This document shows, piece by piece, positions 1 through 13,542 of a stretch of DNA of 64,000 bases. Position numbers and translations under genes: made by a program. Position 1 is the first letter of the stretch. The number at the start of each line of letters is the position of its first letter. This DNA comes from Octopus vulgaris. Taxonomy: Eukaryota. The notes under the pieces were generated by a model. It worked only from the letters and a program-made list of their open reading frames with translations. It did not search any database and was not told the DNA's origin. The stretch lies in NCBI GenBank assembly GCA_951406725.2, contig OX597815.1, positions 32,984,001 through 33,048,000 of the forward strand. The letters are read 5' to 3'.

Positions 1-329
1 TCTGTGAACTGGTTGACTTAGTAACAAACTCAGCTAACCGGAGTAAAATAAAGTTTGAACTAAAATATTCCAGATCAAATACATTCGCCACAATAAAGTC
101 GCAAAATATCAAAATTTGCTGAACTTCGCAAAAAGTTCAGATCTTTCATATTTATATGCCATTAACTTTGCAAAGTGAATCAAAACAGTCATAGCTGTAT
201 TTAGAATGATCATCTATCAGTTAACCTCTTTCAACTGTATAACACTTTGGATGCTACAAATATATCGATTGATCGATCAATTTACAGACAGACAGATAGG
301 TAGGTAGGTAGAATGGTCAGTGAATTGGT

Positions 330-383
<54 letters not shown>

Positions 384-448
384 GAGAGATATAGATATAG
401 GTGGATAGATAAATATACAGGTAGATAAACAGATAAATCGGTAAATAT

Positions 449-1058
449 GTTTCTTTGTTAGCCACACAGGGCTGGACACTGACGGGACAAATTACAAAGT
501 AGAGCTTTTCTTTTTGGGGAGAAAAAAGAAGTGGGGTAGGTTTTCGATCAAAAGGGATCGTAAAAAGGAAAAAAAAAAAAAGAAAAAAGAAAAAAAGAAA
601 AGAAAAAAACGATCAATAGGGATCGTGTATCACAGAAATGTCATGATGTAAAGTGTAAAGTATCCATGGAAAGAAAAGCCTACGGAAAAGACCACGGTAA
701 CCTCGGTCATTAATGTCACATGTTAACACATTTATTTGCAAGTAAGTAACTCTCTGTTTTAAATTTTTCCGGGTTCATAGGCTTATGCTCAAGGTGGCTT
801 CGTCATTCATACGTGCCATCCTTGCTACATTCACCCATCTTTTTTTGAAACATTCGCTAGACAAAACTTGCCTCTCTATTCTCACTTTCCTTTTCAAGTG
901 ATACTTGAAGAAATTGATGAGAGATTGACCAGAGAGGAAAGTATTTGTCTCCAATCCTTTCAGACGCGTCCACCAGATACATTCTATCGCCATAGCTACA
1001 AGCATGATGAAAATAGTTCTATCTTCCCGTTTGAAGGAAGGAGGCGTGACGATATTGA
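449..1058 (-). mobile_element. L1/Tx1-clade LINE 3' fragment (ORF2 C-terminus and 3' UTR)
   Basis: ORF 775-1005 (IWWTRLKGLETNTFLSGQSLINFFKYHLKRKVRIER...KRW) closely matches the longer copy at 22040-23075 (LWWTRLKCLKTGTFLSGQALINFIKYHLKRKVRVER...KRW), which carries a Cys/His zf-RVT-like segment. Confidence 0.6.
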
Positions 1059-1197
1059 CGATAGACTAGACAGACAGATTAGACAGGTATATCGATAGGT
1101 AGCAAGGAAAGTACATACAGATATACATATTTACACACATCTACATGCATATATACATACACACGCATATACATACATACACACATACATACATACA

Positions 1198-2865
1198 TTG
1201 GGACATTAGGATATGTAACACGTTGCCTAAGTACCTATCTTGAGAAACTAGGCTTCTCAAAACCAAAAATGAGAAAGCTGATTCGAAGACTACAGATCCA
1301 ACCCATCACTGGAACTATAAAAATCCGTAAAACTTTCCAGAAGTTTATCATTTAAGTATATAAGCGCATGTCTCAACATGCAAATATATGCATGAGAATA
1401 TATACATAAACCAAAGCAAACAAATCTGCACATGCAATGACTCCAAATACTGCACATGTATTGTGTCATCTCATAAATAATGCGTTTTTCTCAATTGCAT
1501 GAGCTAAAAGTCGGAGGGGGGCGGGATAAACTACTTGCATGAACTTACTATAAAAGCAGGTACTAATTTTACCTTGTCCTTATTCTTAGCGCAAAGTTTT
1601 GAAGAGTGCAGTTTGATATTAAGTTATTTTTTCAAAGCTATCATGGAAGTGACAAAAGAGCATGTTTGGCATATTTTGCTTTATGAGTTCAATAAAGGCA
1701 ATAACACAGCGGAAAGTACAAGGAATATTAATGCAGCTTATGGGGATCGGGCATAAGCAAGTGTCCATGGTGGTTCCAGAAATTCCGAGTCGGAGACTAC
1801 TGCTTAGAAGATGAGCCCCATCTTGGAAGATCTGTAGAGCTCGACGAGGACGTCCTGCAAACCCTGGTGGAACGAGATCCCATCGTAACTGCTGAGGAAC
1901 TAACAGAGAAGCTTGGATTTGGTCATTCAACCATTCATCGACACCCACCTGCGTGCCAACGGAAAAGTCAGCAAATTGGGTCAATGGGTTCATCACAAAC
2001 TTTCCGAGTCTAATCGCGCACAGAGAGTGAATGTGTGCTTTTCTTCGCTGCCACGTTTCACGAATAAACCTTTTTGGGATCGAATAGTGACCGGTGACAA
2101 AAAGTGGGTTCCCTATAAAAAATGTCAAGCGTTGAAGACAGTGGGTAAAGAAAAAAGAAACACCGGCATCCCAGGCTAAAGAAGGTCTTCATTTATGTAA
2201 GGTGTTATCTGTTTGGTGGGATATGAAAGGTTTAGTCCACTTCAAACTTTTAAACCCAAACCAAACGATAACAAAGGAGATCTACTGCGAGCAGCTTGCG
2301 CGACTTAAGTCAGCGCTAGAAGAAAAACGACCAGTTTTGGTTTCAAGATGAAAGGTGATCTTCTAAGATAATGCTCGGCTATATATACAGCAAGGACGAC
2401 ATTCCAAAGGCTGGAGCAGTTTGAATAGGAAACGATGCCCCATCCACCATATTTGCCAGACATGCCGTATCTGATTATCACTTATTCCGCAGTCTTCAAA
2501 ATCATTTTGACGGAAAAAATATAAATTCTGTAGACGAAGTCAGAACATTACTGGAGGAGTAATTTTTCGTCAAAGACAAGTGAATTTTAGAAGAGGGGCC
2601 TTGCAAGTCTACCAGATAGCTGGAAGAACATTGTAGAAAATGAAGGAGAGTATATTTTAGATTAAAAAAGAACTTTGTTTATCTTAATTTTGAAAAATAA
2701 AAGTATAAAAAAACCGCATTATTTATGAGATGACCCACTACATACATAAATGCAAAAATACCCTGCAGATGTTGAAATTCCAATGAAGGTGCCTTGGATC
2801 TTAGAAACCGGTTCTTTCTCTATTGGCAAGAAATCTTGAAATAAAACTGAATAATGACTTACATA
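1198..2865 (+). mobile_element. R4/Dong-like LINE 3' end, split by a mariner insertion (LINE parts 1198-1460 and 2739-2865)
   Basis: 1198-1420 matches the reverse complement of about 11935-12150 (GALGYV...LEKLGFSKP...KLIRRLQIQ); 2755-2865 matches 15240-15360. Confidence 0.65.
1461..2738 (+). mobile_element. Full-length defective mariner transposon
   Basis: TIRs ttgtgtcatctcataaataatgcgttttt / aaaaaccgcattatttatgagatgacccac; TA at 1459-1460 and 2739-2740; transposase remnants 1643-2665 (MEVTKEHVWHILLYEF, WVHHKL, IVTGDKKWV, WWDMKG, HPPY..D) broken by stops and frameshifts. Confidence 0.93.
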
Positions 2866-3749
2866 ACTATGAGTAGGTGCATAATGATGTCTGGAGAACA
2901 TATGTACTAAAGAAATTAAAGATGATTAAAAGCAATATGGTCGAGAAACTAAAAACTTTTATTTCGCACAATTTGAAACTAATCCATCTCTAGCTATTCT
3001 CCTTTAATACATACATTTTGGTTCTACCTAAAAAGCAAAGACGTAACAAAGCAATCGATAGTCTTTACAAGTGCACACATACACGTAAATGCATGTACAT
3101 ATGTAATCATATACACAGAAGTAGACAACACGCATGTGCTCTAAAGCAATGAGAACTTGATAACATTTTGGAATCTCCTGAATTAGTGAAACTCACAAAA
3201 GTTACATACTTATTCTCATTAGATTTGTTCTGGCAATTTTTCAGAAATATAAGACTGGCTTCTGCTCCATTTCTGCCAGACATATTTTACTCTCAACTTA
3301 ACAGTTCAACACGAGGCCCTGGACGTTGCAGATCGAGTTCAATCCCGCTGTCAATCAACTTGGGAAGGTATCCTTTGTGAGAGCCACAGGTTGATCTTGT
3401 TCGTGTAATTTGGTTCAAGTAAACTGCACAGACAATCCACTGTTGTTGACATTGAGTAGCGAGGTCCTTTCCTCCCCCATTTTCCAGAGATGCCGTAAGC
3501 CTATAGGTTTGAGATCTGATGATACGCCGTAAAGCTAAGCAAGCGCTTTATGGACGTGAAACCCTGGGCAATTCCATAAACCGGCCATATCTAACTCTTT
3601 ATATAATATATTGCACTATAACTTAGAGTATGCTTCTACCGACGATATATGTATATATATGTATATATATCGGGAAGCTTTATGAAAATAGACAAAAGAC
3701 GAAGGCAGGTGGGAAACAAACAAACAATTGTATTAGTATGGCGCTCAGG

Positions 3750-4400
<651 letters not shown>

Positions 4401-4407
4401 AAATTGA

Positions 4408-6690
4408 ATCGTCTGCGGACGAATGATTACGTATGTAATTTATTCGGTAATAGACGAAACCGGTATACGATAAATTCTTGATTTTTATATAATTTTCATC
4501 TGTCTTGCCCGCCTATGTTCTGGTGTTCGCTGAATTTTCTCTGGAGAACATTCTTTCTTTGTAGTTAGATTGCATGTGATCTTCTTCTAGCGTATGGTTA
4601 TCCACCAAGTGGTTTAGCCCTAAATATACACATGTATTGAACTTTTTTCTGATTTTTTCAGATTTTTTATATGCTGGGCTACTGGTTTTAAATTGATATT
4701 AATTAATTGTTAGGGAATAAAAATTCCGGCATAACAGGGGTTCAAATTATTCTCAATGAGGAAATATATATTTTTATTTAGAGATAGTAGGCCCCTTCAT
4801 CTCACCATAGAAAAGAATTCACATTTAAATACTTACTACTTTATAACTTTGCTACACGTATTTATTGAGGTACATTTCCCGGTTCCTTAACCACGTCGTG
4901 TTTTGCTGGAACCATCCTTACAAACTACCCCCAATCATCAGGTCTCTATATCACTTTCTCATAGTTTGATACTATAAACTATATTTTAATTTTAAACAAA
5001 TAAGTATGGCATATACAGATAAGATAGTACCCCTGGAGTTGAATTCCTCACTGAAAGACATAACTATCCCACCAAAAAAAAAAGAAAGAATTCAAAATTA
5101 AATTAATTGATAATATAAAGAATTTCATAAAAAGACTTAAATGGAAAGCACACTACTATAATAATAAAAATACTATAGACATTAATAATACAGACAATAA
5201 TAAATTTATTAAGAATAAATTTAAATCTAGGAAAGAACCGCCGTACAATAAAGAAATACAAAACTTGGAACACAAACTTTGGGGGATAGTAAAAATTGTA
5301 GAATTTTATAAATATCCGAACAGGCATAATAATTATTTTAAAAACTTAGCTATCAAGATAAAAGAACTGAGAAATACTGAAGGAATCTTTGTGCAATCGG
5401 ACAAACCAGAAACTTACATAAATTAGATATAGAAACATGATAGTTTACTAGAGAAAGAAATCAACAAAAAATATAAAATAGTCCAAAATAGTACTTTAAA
5501 GAAAATAAATAAGTGTTATAAAGAAATTCTGACGAATTATGAACTAGATAAAAAATAAGAGCCCTATGTGCCATTACACCCAAGGATAACGCTAAAAGAC
5601 CATAATGATAATTTCTATGCAGACCCTAAAGTCCGATTAATATGCCCATGTAAGTTGGACCTAGGGAAATTAAGTAAATTAATATTAGATAAGTATATAA
5701 ACAAATTAAATAATTTAGGTAACCTAAAGCTATGGGGCATTACAATAGAAACTTTACAATGGTTTAAAAATATAAATAACAATAAGGAATGTAGGGAATA
5801 TTATTTCATCAATAAATAAGTATAGGTTGAATAAATATTACTATGACAAATTAAATAAGCATCTGAATAGGAGTGCTGGATACCGTAATAGTTGTAACTG
5901 TAGAGATAAAAATCACTTTAAATTTAATGGAAGATGTAATGCTAGTGATGTAGTATATAAATGTGTGGTTTCTGTAAAAGTAGATGGAAATGAAAATAGT
6001 GGAATAAATAATACAGATATTGAAAATTATCCAGATAGAACGTATATATGGTCGACATCGAATAAAATTAAACAACGAATAGCACAGCACTTGAATTCAT
6101 GTAAAAATAAGAAACTTAGGAATTCGACAGGACTAAGTAAATACGTTTGGAGTTGAAAGTCGAAAGAAATCAATTATGAATTAAAGTGGGATATAATATG
6201 TAAAGCGAAATCGTATAGAATTTAAAATAGGTCATATCTGTTATGTACCCATGAATTCATGGAGATATTATGGGTTAAAACTAGGCTTCTGAATGCTCAG
6301 AAGGAAAGAAAAATTAAATGTAAACATAGACTGAAATGCCTAATTAATAACGCCTAACCCTAAATTTAAAGCGTAAGTATTATTAATACTATTATTATTT
6401 AATATGAACGTACTAGGTTAAATTAACTTACAGTTAGATGTGGGTAGGAATAGCAGTGCGGTGTGAGTGATTAAAGGGTGGGAATAATACGGAATAACAC
6501 GAAATAAAAAAGTAATGTTCCCATGAGGCATTTTTGTATTTTCGTGGACTATGGTTACTATTAAGATAATATGTTAAGTAATTGTTTAAAAGAAGCTGGA
6601 AGTAGGTGTGTGTATGGTTCGCTGGACCTTGCGATGTCAAGCCGTAATTAAGACGTAGTAGGACAATGGAGCCAACGGTAATTTGTATAT
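4408..6690 (+). mobile_element. Degenerate Penelope-like retroelement with internal deletion of most of the RT
   Basis: N-terminal RT region (QSDK, RITLKDHNDNF..PKVRLICPCK.DLGKLSKLILD..W...TLQWF, about 5340-5780) joined to a GIY-YIG endonuclease (CNC...C..SDVVYKC...TYIWST..KQR..QH...ST.LSKYVW..K...LKWDII...LLC..E...LLN...CKH, 5880-6357) with stops; degenerate hammerhead-like motif at 4408-4471. Confidence 0.8.
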
Positions 6691-7003
6691 AGTTAGTTAG
6701 TTAATTCTTTGGCTCAAAAAGCAAAAAGCAAGGCCATGTAGGGGGACATGGAGTTATGTACAGGGTGGTGTTCAGGCAAAGAGTTCAGGCCATTTGTGGC
6801 CAAGGGAGACTTTGAACCGAGTGGTCGTCGGCATCTTCACCATCTCGTCCGGCAGCTTATTTCACGGATCCGCAACCCAGACGGAGAAAGCCCCTCTCCT
6901 TCGATTGAGATGAAATCGTCACAGATAGAGCTTTTCGGAATGACCCCGCAGCCGACGTTCTGGAGCATGAGTGAAGAACAGGAGAAAGATGGCAGTGTAG
7001 ATG
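6690..7003 (-). mobile_element. CR1-clade LINE 3' fragment
   Basis: Minus frame reads RRRGAFSVWVADP*NKLPDEMVKMPTTTRFKVSLGHKW, matching the CR1 ORF2 C-terminal pattern FS.RV...WN.LP...V.....FK..L. Confidence 0.65.
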
Positions 7004-8431
7004 CTATATATATATATAGTATCTACACTCAGAGCAACTTGATACTGCCGTCTTTGTCTTTCTATCTTTGTCCATCTTCTTTTTCTATCTTAGTCAAGTT
7101 ATTTCCATCTCGAGTTGCAACTGAGTTTTCATTCTCACCTATTCTGAAAGCATTGGCTTACGGATGTTCAAACCGAATACCAACCGCACCGGTCTCACCA
7201 ATCAGAGACGGTCTGAATAGTCAATGGGCACTGCCTTTTGTATCCTGATTAACGTATAAGGGAACAACCCAAGGCACGCTCACGTTCTAGATCATAGCCG
7301 AGAAAATCTTTCAGTCACTAACCATCTCCAACCACTTTCACACTGACAAACTGTATCCTACGTTCTGTTATTTTTTTCAATACTACAATAGTTTCTACTT
7401 TGAACAAACTCAGCACCAGATCCAACTAATTCTAATAAAAACTTCCTCCTTTATTTCTCGGTGCTTATTGCATTTATTTTCCTGAACACACTAATATTTC
7501 CACCCAAACCGCATCACTGATGTTTTCTATCTGAGGTTAACTGGGTAAGATTAATGTGGCTGAATCATCAAAAGTTAACACTTTCAACAATTCTACTCAA
7601 TTAATTAAAGTTCACAAGACTCAGAGGCTCTCAGAGAACTAGAGCCACCGAGTGCCTCACTCCAGTGTAGTCGATAACAAATCATATACAAACGTAAATG
7701 CATTTGTGCACATGTTATAGACGCGGGTATATACGTATGTGGAGCAGCGTGGTGCTTCATACCATCAATTTTCTGTTTTACGTTTGTACTACAGGAGATA
7801 TGTAGTAGTTAGTGATATATACCGACCGAGAAAGCTGGTGTTATCTTTAACCTTTAAAAAGAGCCTAGTACCTTGGTCGATAAAATCATTATTACTAGAG
7901 AAAACCCGGGCAGTGAAATAGTTAAAACTGAAGCTTATTTTCGACCTTCTGTTGCTGTAAGTTCATATCTTGTGAGGTTCAAAATTTGTTTTCCATTTAT
8001 CTCAAATCGATAAAATGAATGCGAGAAAGTTATTTAAAACATTTCAATCGACTATATACCTAAACCTGCTGACACTTAAGCTGGAATCACTTAATGGTTA
8101 AATGGCCTAAATAATTTGAGAAAATAAATTAAGAGAAAATAATTTAAGAGAAAAGTGGGCAAAATAATTTAAGAGAAATTTCTAATGACATGCATAATAC
8201 ACTACATCTAATGAATGGGATGATGTGATGCTTTTTCTTTTCTAAACTGCATTAATGACAAGTCTTCCTTGTGGAAAACATAACCGGTTATGCTTTAATA
8301 ATGGTCTATTGAATAAAAGTAATGTGCCTGGTTTATAGAGAACCTAAATATGAATTTCTGACGCTTATGCTCTTCTCAAATGCAATATCGCATAATAAGC
8401 CCAGTGGTTCCAGGTAGAATGGGAAACACAA

Positions 8432-8703
8432 ATTAGCAAGCTGGTTTTGTCGAAACATGCAACGTGAAACACGATTAGCAAGCTGGTTTTGTCGAAACAT
8501 GCAACGTGAAACACGATAAGCAAGCTGGTTTTGTCGAAACATGCAACGTGAAACACGATAAGCAAGCTGGTTTTGTCGAAACATGCAACGTGAAACACGA
8601 TTAGCAAGCTGGTTTTGTCGAAACATGCAACGTGAAACACGATTAGCAAGCTGGTTTTGTCGAAACATGCAACGTGAAACACGATTAGCAAGCTGGTTTT
8701 GTC
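8432..8703. repeat. 42-bp minisatellite, about 6.5 near-identical copies
   Basis: Unit gattagcaagctggttttgtcgaaacatgcaacgtgaaacac; only variant seen is gatt/gata. Confidence 0.95.
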
Positions 8704-9327
8704 CAACATGGAATCCTCTTGAATGAAATGGATGTCGCATCGGAATAGATGGACATGTCAGCAATGTACATGGCCAAGACAGGAATCAGTGAGATTCAGG
8801 ACCTTTACAAAAGGCATTAGTGAAATATACACGAAAACTTTCCAACTGATAATTGGAATCAACCAACGGATTAATTTGGTGAAGCCAGCCCAGAGCAGCA
8901 CAGCCAATGTTACCAAGTCTTAAAGAAGACGAGGTCAATATTAATCAATATTAATTTACAATCGCGCTTTCTCCATAATTTCATGTTTTTCTTTACCTTT
9001 GGGTATGTGCTGTCTTCTCTTTTTCTTCATTTGGTTCATGACCATAAATACATCGATATCCGCATGGTTGATTCGGTTTGCTAAAGTGAAAGGAAAGAAA
9101 TGTTATTTCATATAAAGAATATCTTAGAAATCAAGGAGAATCACGAACACAAATACAAACCTACAGACATCAAAACATATCTATATGTGAAATTTAAACT
9201 TCCAGCTAGTTTCCATAGTTAATTAGTAGTCCACTCCTTTTTCACAACGGAATACGTTTTATAATGACTACAGTAGCATCCACCCTTAGGGGTTAGCCAT
9301 ATTTAAATGGCAAATATACGTCACAAT

Positions 9328-9488
<161 letters not shown>

Positions 9489-9509
9489 GTAAAGATAATA
9501 ATAGTTGTG

Positions 9510-10134
9510 ATCCATGGATGGAATTTATAAATATTCTAATGCATCACTAAACACGTTTCCACATATCACATGCTTCTTACGATCATAACACGTATTCCTG
9601 AAATGATTACAGCGGAGTCTACAGGTACCTATGGGCACCGGGTGGATCATATTCGTTCGTTCATTTGCTCAAACGATATGGCATTAACGCTGGGAGCAGC
9701 GGATGTATAACTGAGGGTAGTTTATCAATTTTGACCAACGAAAACGTTGAATGGGATATGTGAGTAGCTCTGTGTGTATTTGGTAGGGAGGAATAGAAGA
9801 TGAAAAAGAAACGGTGATTATAATAATCCTTCCTTTCCCTCTTTCCACTACCGTCTACTCTATCAGATACACATAGAACCGCCCACATAACCCACTCAAG
9901 CTTTCATTGGTCAAAATTGATAAACAACCCTCAATTATACACCCGTTGCTTCCAACGCTAATGTCATATCGCCTAATGAAATGAACGCATACATATGATT
10001 CACCCGATGTCCATGGATACTGCGGACTGTACTGTAATCAACCTAAGAATACGGACTATGATAGTAAGTAACATGTGATTTGTGGAAACCCGCGTAGCGA
10101 TGCATTAAAATATTTATAAATTCTATCCATGGAT
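9510..10134. mobile_element. About 625-bp imperfect palindrome (foldback/MITE-like element)
   Basis: Arms are reverse complements along about 300 bp, e.g. atccatggatggaatttataaatattctaatgcatc / gatgcattaaaatatttataaattctatccatggat and gtttatcaattttgaccaa / ttggtcaaaattgataaac; centre near 9820. Confidence 0.8.
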
Positions 10135-10540
10135 TATTATTATTACTCGGTACAACCCCCAAATCTGCTATTGCCAGTTGGTATCATGAGGCTGTAGTGT
10201 CTTTTAAATTATTGTATGTTACCTCTCAAAATAAATATGATTATGTTTTCTTCACATCTAACGTTGAAGTTTCTGAACGCATGCACAAATCCATACAGAC
10301 ATATGATGGCCTTAGATGCAGATTATGATACTCAAAATACGTATGCACACATACAAACAAGAAAAAAACATGTACTCACAGGCTCATACACGTATAAACA
10401 AACAAATACAATTATACAATACCATTTAGAATAAATTCTCTGTGGTGTATGTTAGAAATTTTATTTACATGAAAATATCAGCTATCAAAAAAAGTTATAA
10501 TCAGAGTCCAGTTGAAAGTTAATTAGTTTATATATATATA

Positions 10541-11775
10541 TCAGGTCATCCCATAAGTTCTATCTGAATTCTAGTGATCAAATGTTATATTTAATTGAAA
10601 TTTAATCATCAACGTACATTCCCCGATTATCTATGACTTCCTTCCATCTATTTACAAGCTTTTTAATCCCATCAATGTAAAACTCTTTCGGTTTCAAAGT
10701 GAAAAACTCTGAAATGTCAGTTTCGACCGCCTCCTGGCTTGCGAAAGTATGTCCCCCAAATGATTCTGTAAACTACGAAACAAGGTCGGGAGAATAAGGT
10801 GGATGAGGAATCTTTTCCCAGCGAAGCTCTTGGATCTTCTGCGATGGGATCTTTGCAGTGTGGGGTTGCACATTGTCCTGATGAATCGTCACTCCTTTTT
10901 GATTCACTAAATCAGGTCTTTTTTTCTTCAAAGCTTGGTTCAAACGTTCTAACTACTGACAGTAGACTTGAGCATTGATTGTTGCATTAGGTGGTAACAA
11001 TTGAAAGTGAATTACTCCTTTGCAATCCTACCAGATAGAGAGAACCTTTTCCCCATGAAGTTCCCTTCTCGGTTGTGGTTGCGCTTTTTCCCTTATATCA
11101 AGCTACTGTTGACGACATTTAATATTTTGATAGAAGATCCATTTTGCGTCACCAGTCACAAGTCTATCCAAAAATGGGGAAATGAGTTCGCGAGAATGGA
11201 GAGAAGAGCATATGTCAACTGGGAATTTGCGGTTGCTTTCGCAAAATTCATGAGTCGTCCATTTTCCAAGTTTAGGAACCTTTCCAAGTTGTTGAAAATG
11301 ACGATGAACAGTTGTATGGTTTGAACTAAGCTTTATTACCAATTCTTCAACTGATAATGCAGGATTTTCTTCAAGTAATGCCTCAAGGAGCTTATGATTA
11401 AACTCAACTGGACGTCCTCTTCCATCTTCATCTTCAAGGCTGAAATCTCCACTTCTGAATTTTGCAAACCATCTTCTGCAAGTTCTTTCATTCAAGCATT
11501 CTTTCCCATAAACTGAGTGTATGTTTTGAGTCACTTCGGCTGCAGAGTTTTCTTTTTTGTACTCATAAAGCATTATGTGCTTCAAATGCTTTTTGGATAC
11601 TTCCATGTTAGAAAGGGTTTTAATCAAAGGCATTTTAATTCTATTATTCTGTAAAATAATATTTAATTAGTTTAAATGTACACAAATGCATAAAAATAAC
11701 TTTTAATTCCATTAGACATTCTAAAATACTATTAAATTTCATTGAATTTTTAAAAAGGTAAAATCGGACAGAACT
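10541..11775 (-). mobile_element. Defective mariner transposon
   Basis: Transposase remnants 10602-11606 (MEVSKKHLKHIMLYEY, WFAKFRSGDFSLEDE..GRP, LVTGDAKWI, HQDN..PH); TIR tcaggtcatcccataagttc at 10541, only partial at 11761-11775; TA run at the left flank. Confidence 0.9.
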
Positions 11776-11892
11776 GATACATATATACTAGAGTAAGCAC
11801 ATAAATGCGAAACAAGGTGGAAAAAAAGTACTCGGGTATCGGAAGGAGAGTAATATGCTTTATTAAAAAAGCAGCAAAAATATCACAAAAAC

Positions 11893-11929
11893 TGTTGCTC
11901 AGAGTTTCACGTTCCCGTTCGTCGGACAA
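11893..11929 (-). ncRNA. Minimal hammerhead-ribozyme-like motif in a Penelope-type terminal repeat fragment (degenerate)
   Basis: Minus strand tgt-CCGACGA-acg(ggaa)cgt-GAAA-ctc(t)gag-CA-aca; related copy at 18468-18503 has TA at the cleavage position. Confidence 0.45.
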
Positions 11930-11934
11930 GTGTT

Positions 11935-11980
11935 TTGATTTATGCGTGTATTCCCATGCATATAGTTGCATATCTAGATA

Positions 11981-12030
<50 letters not shown>

Positions 12031-12781
12031 AATGATAAACTTCAGTTTCAGTCATGGACTGGATCTGTAGTCTTCGAATCAGTTTTCTCCTGGTTTTGAG
12101 AAGCCTAATTTCTCAAGATTGGTATTTAGTCAGTGTATACATATCCCAAGGCCCCAATAATTACAGATATAAAGCTGAACTTGCAATTTGGATAGAGTGA
12201 CTGCAGGTTTCTCAATAGTTGAGCGTATGTATTCTCTTTTTCACTGATCTTCAGCTCTTAACATCCGCTGGGCAGCTAATTTCCATAAATGTTCATAGTT
12301 TATCTTCTCTATCCCAAATCATTATATCAAGTCTGTTGTGCTTACATTTTATTGAGGTTTTCACTGGTACATTCTACCATTATTCCTTTTTATTATGAGT
12401 GAATATGGTTCTTATTTCTTTGTCTTCGGGATTGTCCCCCCGATGGATTTCGTTATAGTGTCCTAGCTAGAGTATAATGTCTCATCGGTAGATAACACCG
12501 TGATGACATTTTCGAACAACTGCTTATGACGTGGGTGATATCTTCGTTGTTAACTCCGCAAAGTCTGCATCGGTTGTCACATTTTACTGCGTCCAGTCAA
12601 GCAGACTAAATGTTGGTATGAGTACTTGTACTGAAACCACACTGTGGGACATTGTTTTATTGAATGCAAAAAGTTCTGAGGTCCAAATTTTCTTTATTCG
12701 GCTGTAATCTTTAGTGACACGTGCTTCGTTAGAGGTGTCATTGTAAGATATGTTTTTAACATAAATCCAAGGCACCTTCAT
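11935..12781 (-). mobile_element. R4/Dong-clade (restriction-like endonuclease) LINE fragment with internal deletion
   Basis: CRLCGVNNEDITHVISSC zinc knuckle, KHNRLDIMIWDR...EISCP PD-(D/E)xK-type motif, IIGALG; upstream IKKIWTSEL.AFNK...VLIPTF.LLDW post-RT segment. Confidence 0.8.
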
Positions 12782-13542
12782 TGTAAAGATTTATAGAGAC
12801 CATTAGAAGTTACGTGACCTAGGACCTTATCCTTTCAGATGTATTTGTATGTAAGATTTCAGACATATACGTGTAAAACAATGACCTACAGCTTTAGAAC
12901 ATAGATATAAATACGCGCACACATGTACATACATATATGCATGCATACATACATATATACATACATACATACATGTGTGCATGTGTGAGTGTATGTGTGA
13001 GTGTGTGTGTGTTTATGTGTGCTGAGTATCACAACCAAGATACTGTATTACACTGTGTAACACGATTTTTGTGCTTGGGTAACAACTGTTATTTCCTATT
13101 AGATTACCTCTAGAAAGTATGAAAAATGGTTAACATTCCCTTAAAACTTTGCGTCTGTTACATTCACTCAAACCCTAAAGAATCCCTTTCAATGCATGGC
13201 TATGATGCTCTCCCACAACTCTTGTTCATGATCAGAGATGCACATATTGTTATATTAAGGTCAAGTAACTGACAAGCAAATGTATGGTATTGATCAGAAT
13301 ATTTGCTATAACGATAATTCTGCTTTAGCAGCTCAACGTTGAATCTATCTAAAATGTAATGGGAAATAACTCAGTTTCAGAACATTGATGTCCAGGTCAC
13401 AAAAGCAAAGTTTGAAGGGAATAGCAGTCATTTCCATTGATTTCTAGATAGAAACAAACTGGAAATAACACTTGCTGGTGAAAGACAAAAAAAAAAAAAA
13501 GGAAATATTGTTATACAGTATTATCAATCTACGGTTTTTACC

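Noticed and set aside
8432-8703. Regular repeat array resembling CRISPR
   Set aside because: Units are contiguous with no unique spacers; eukaryotic context, no cas genes
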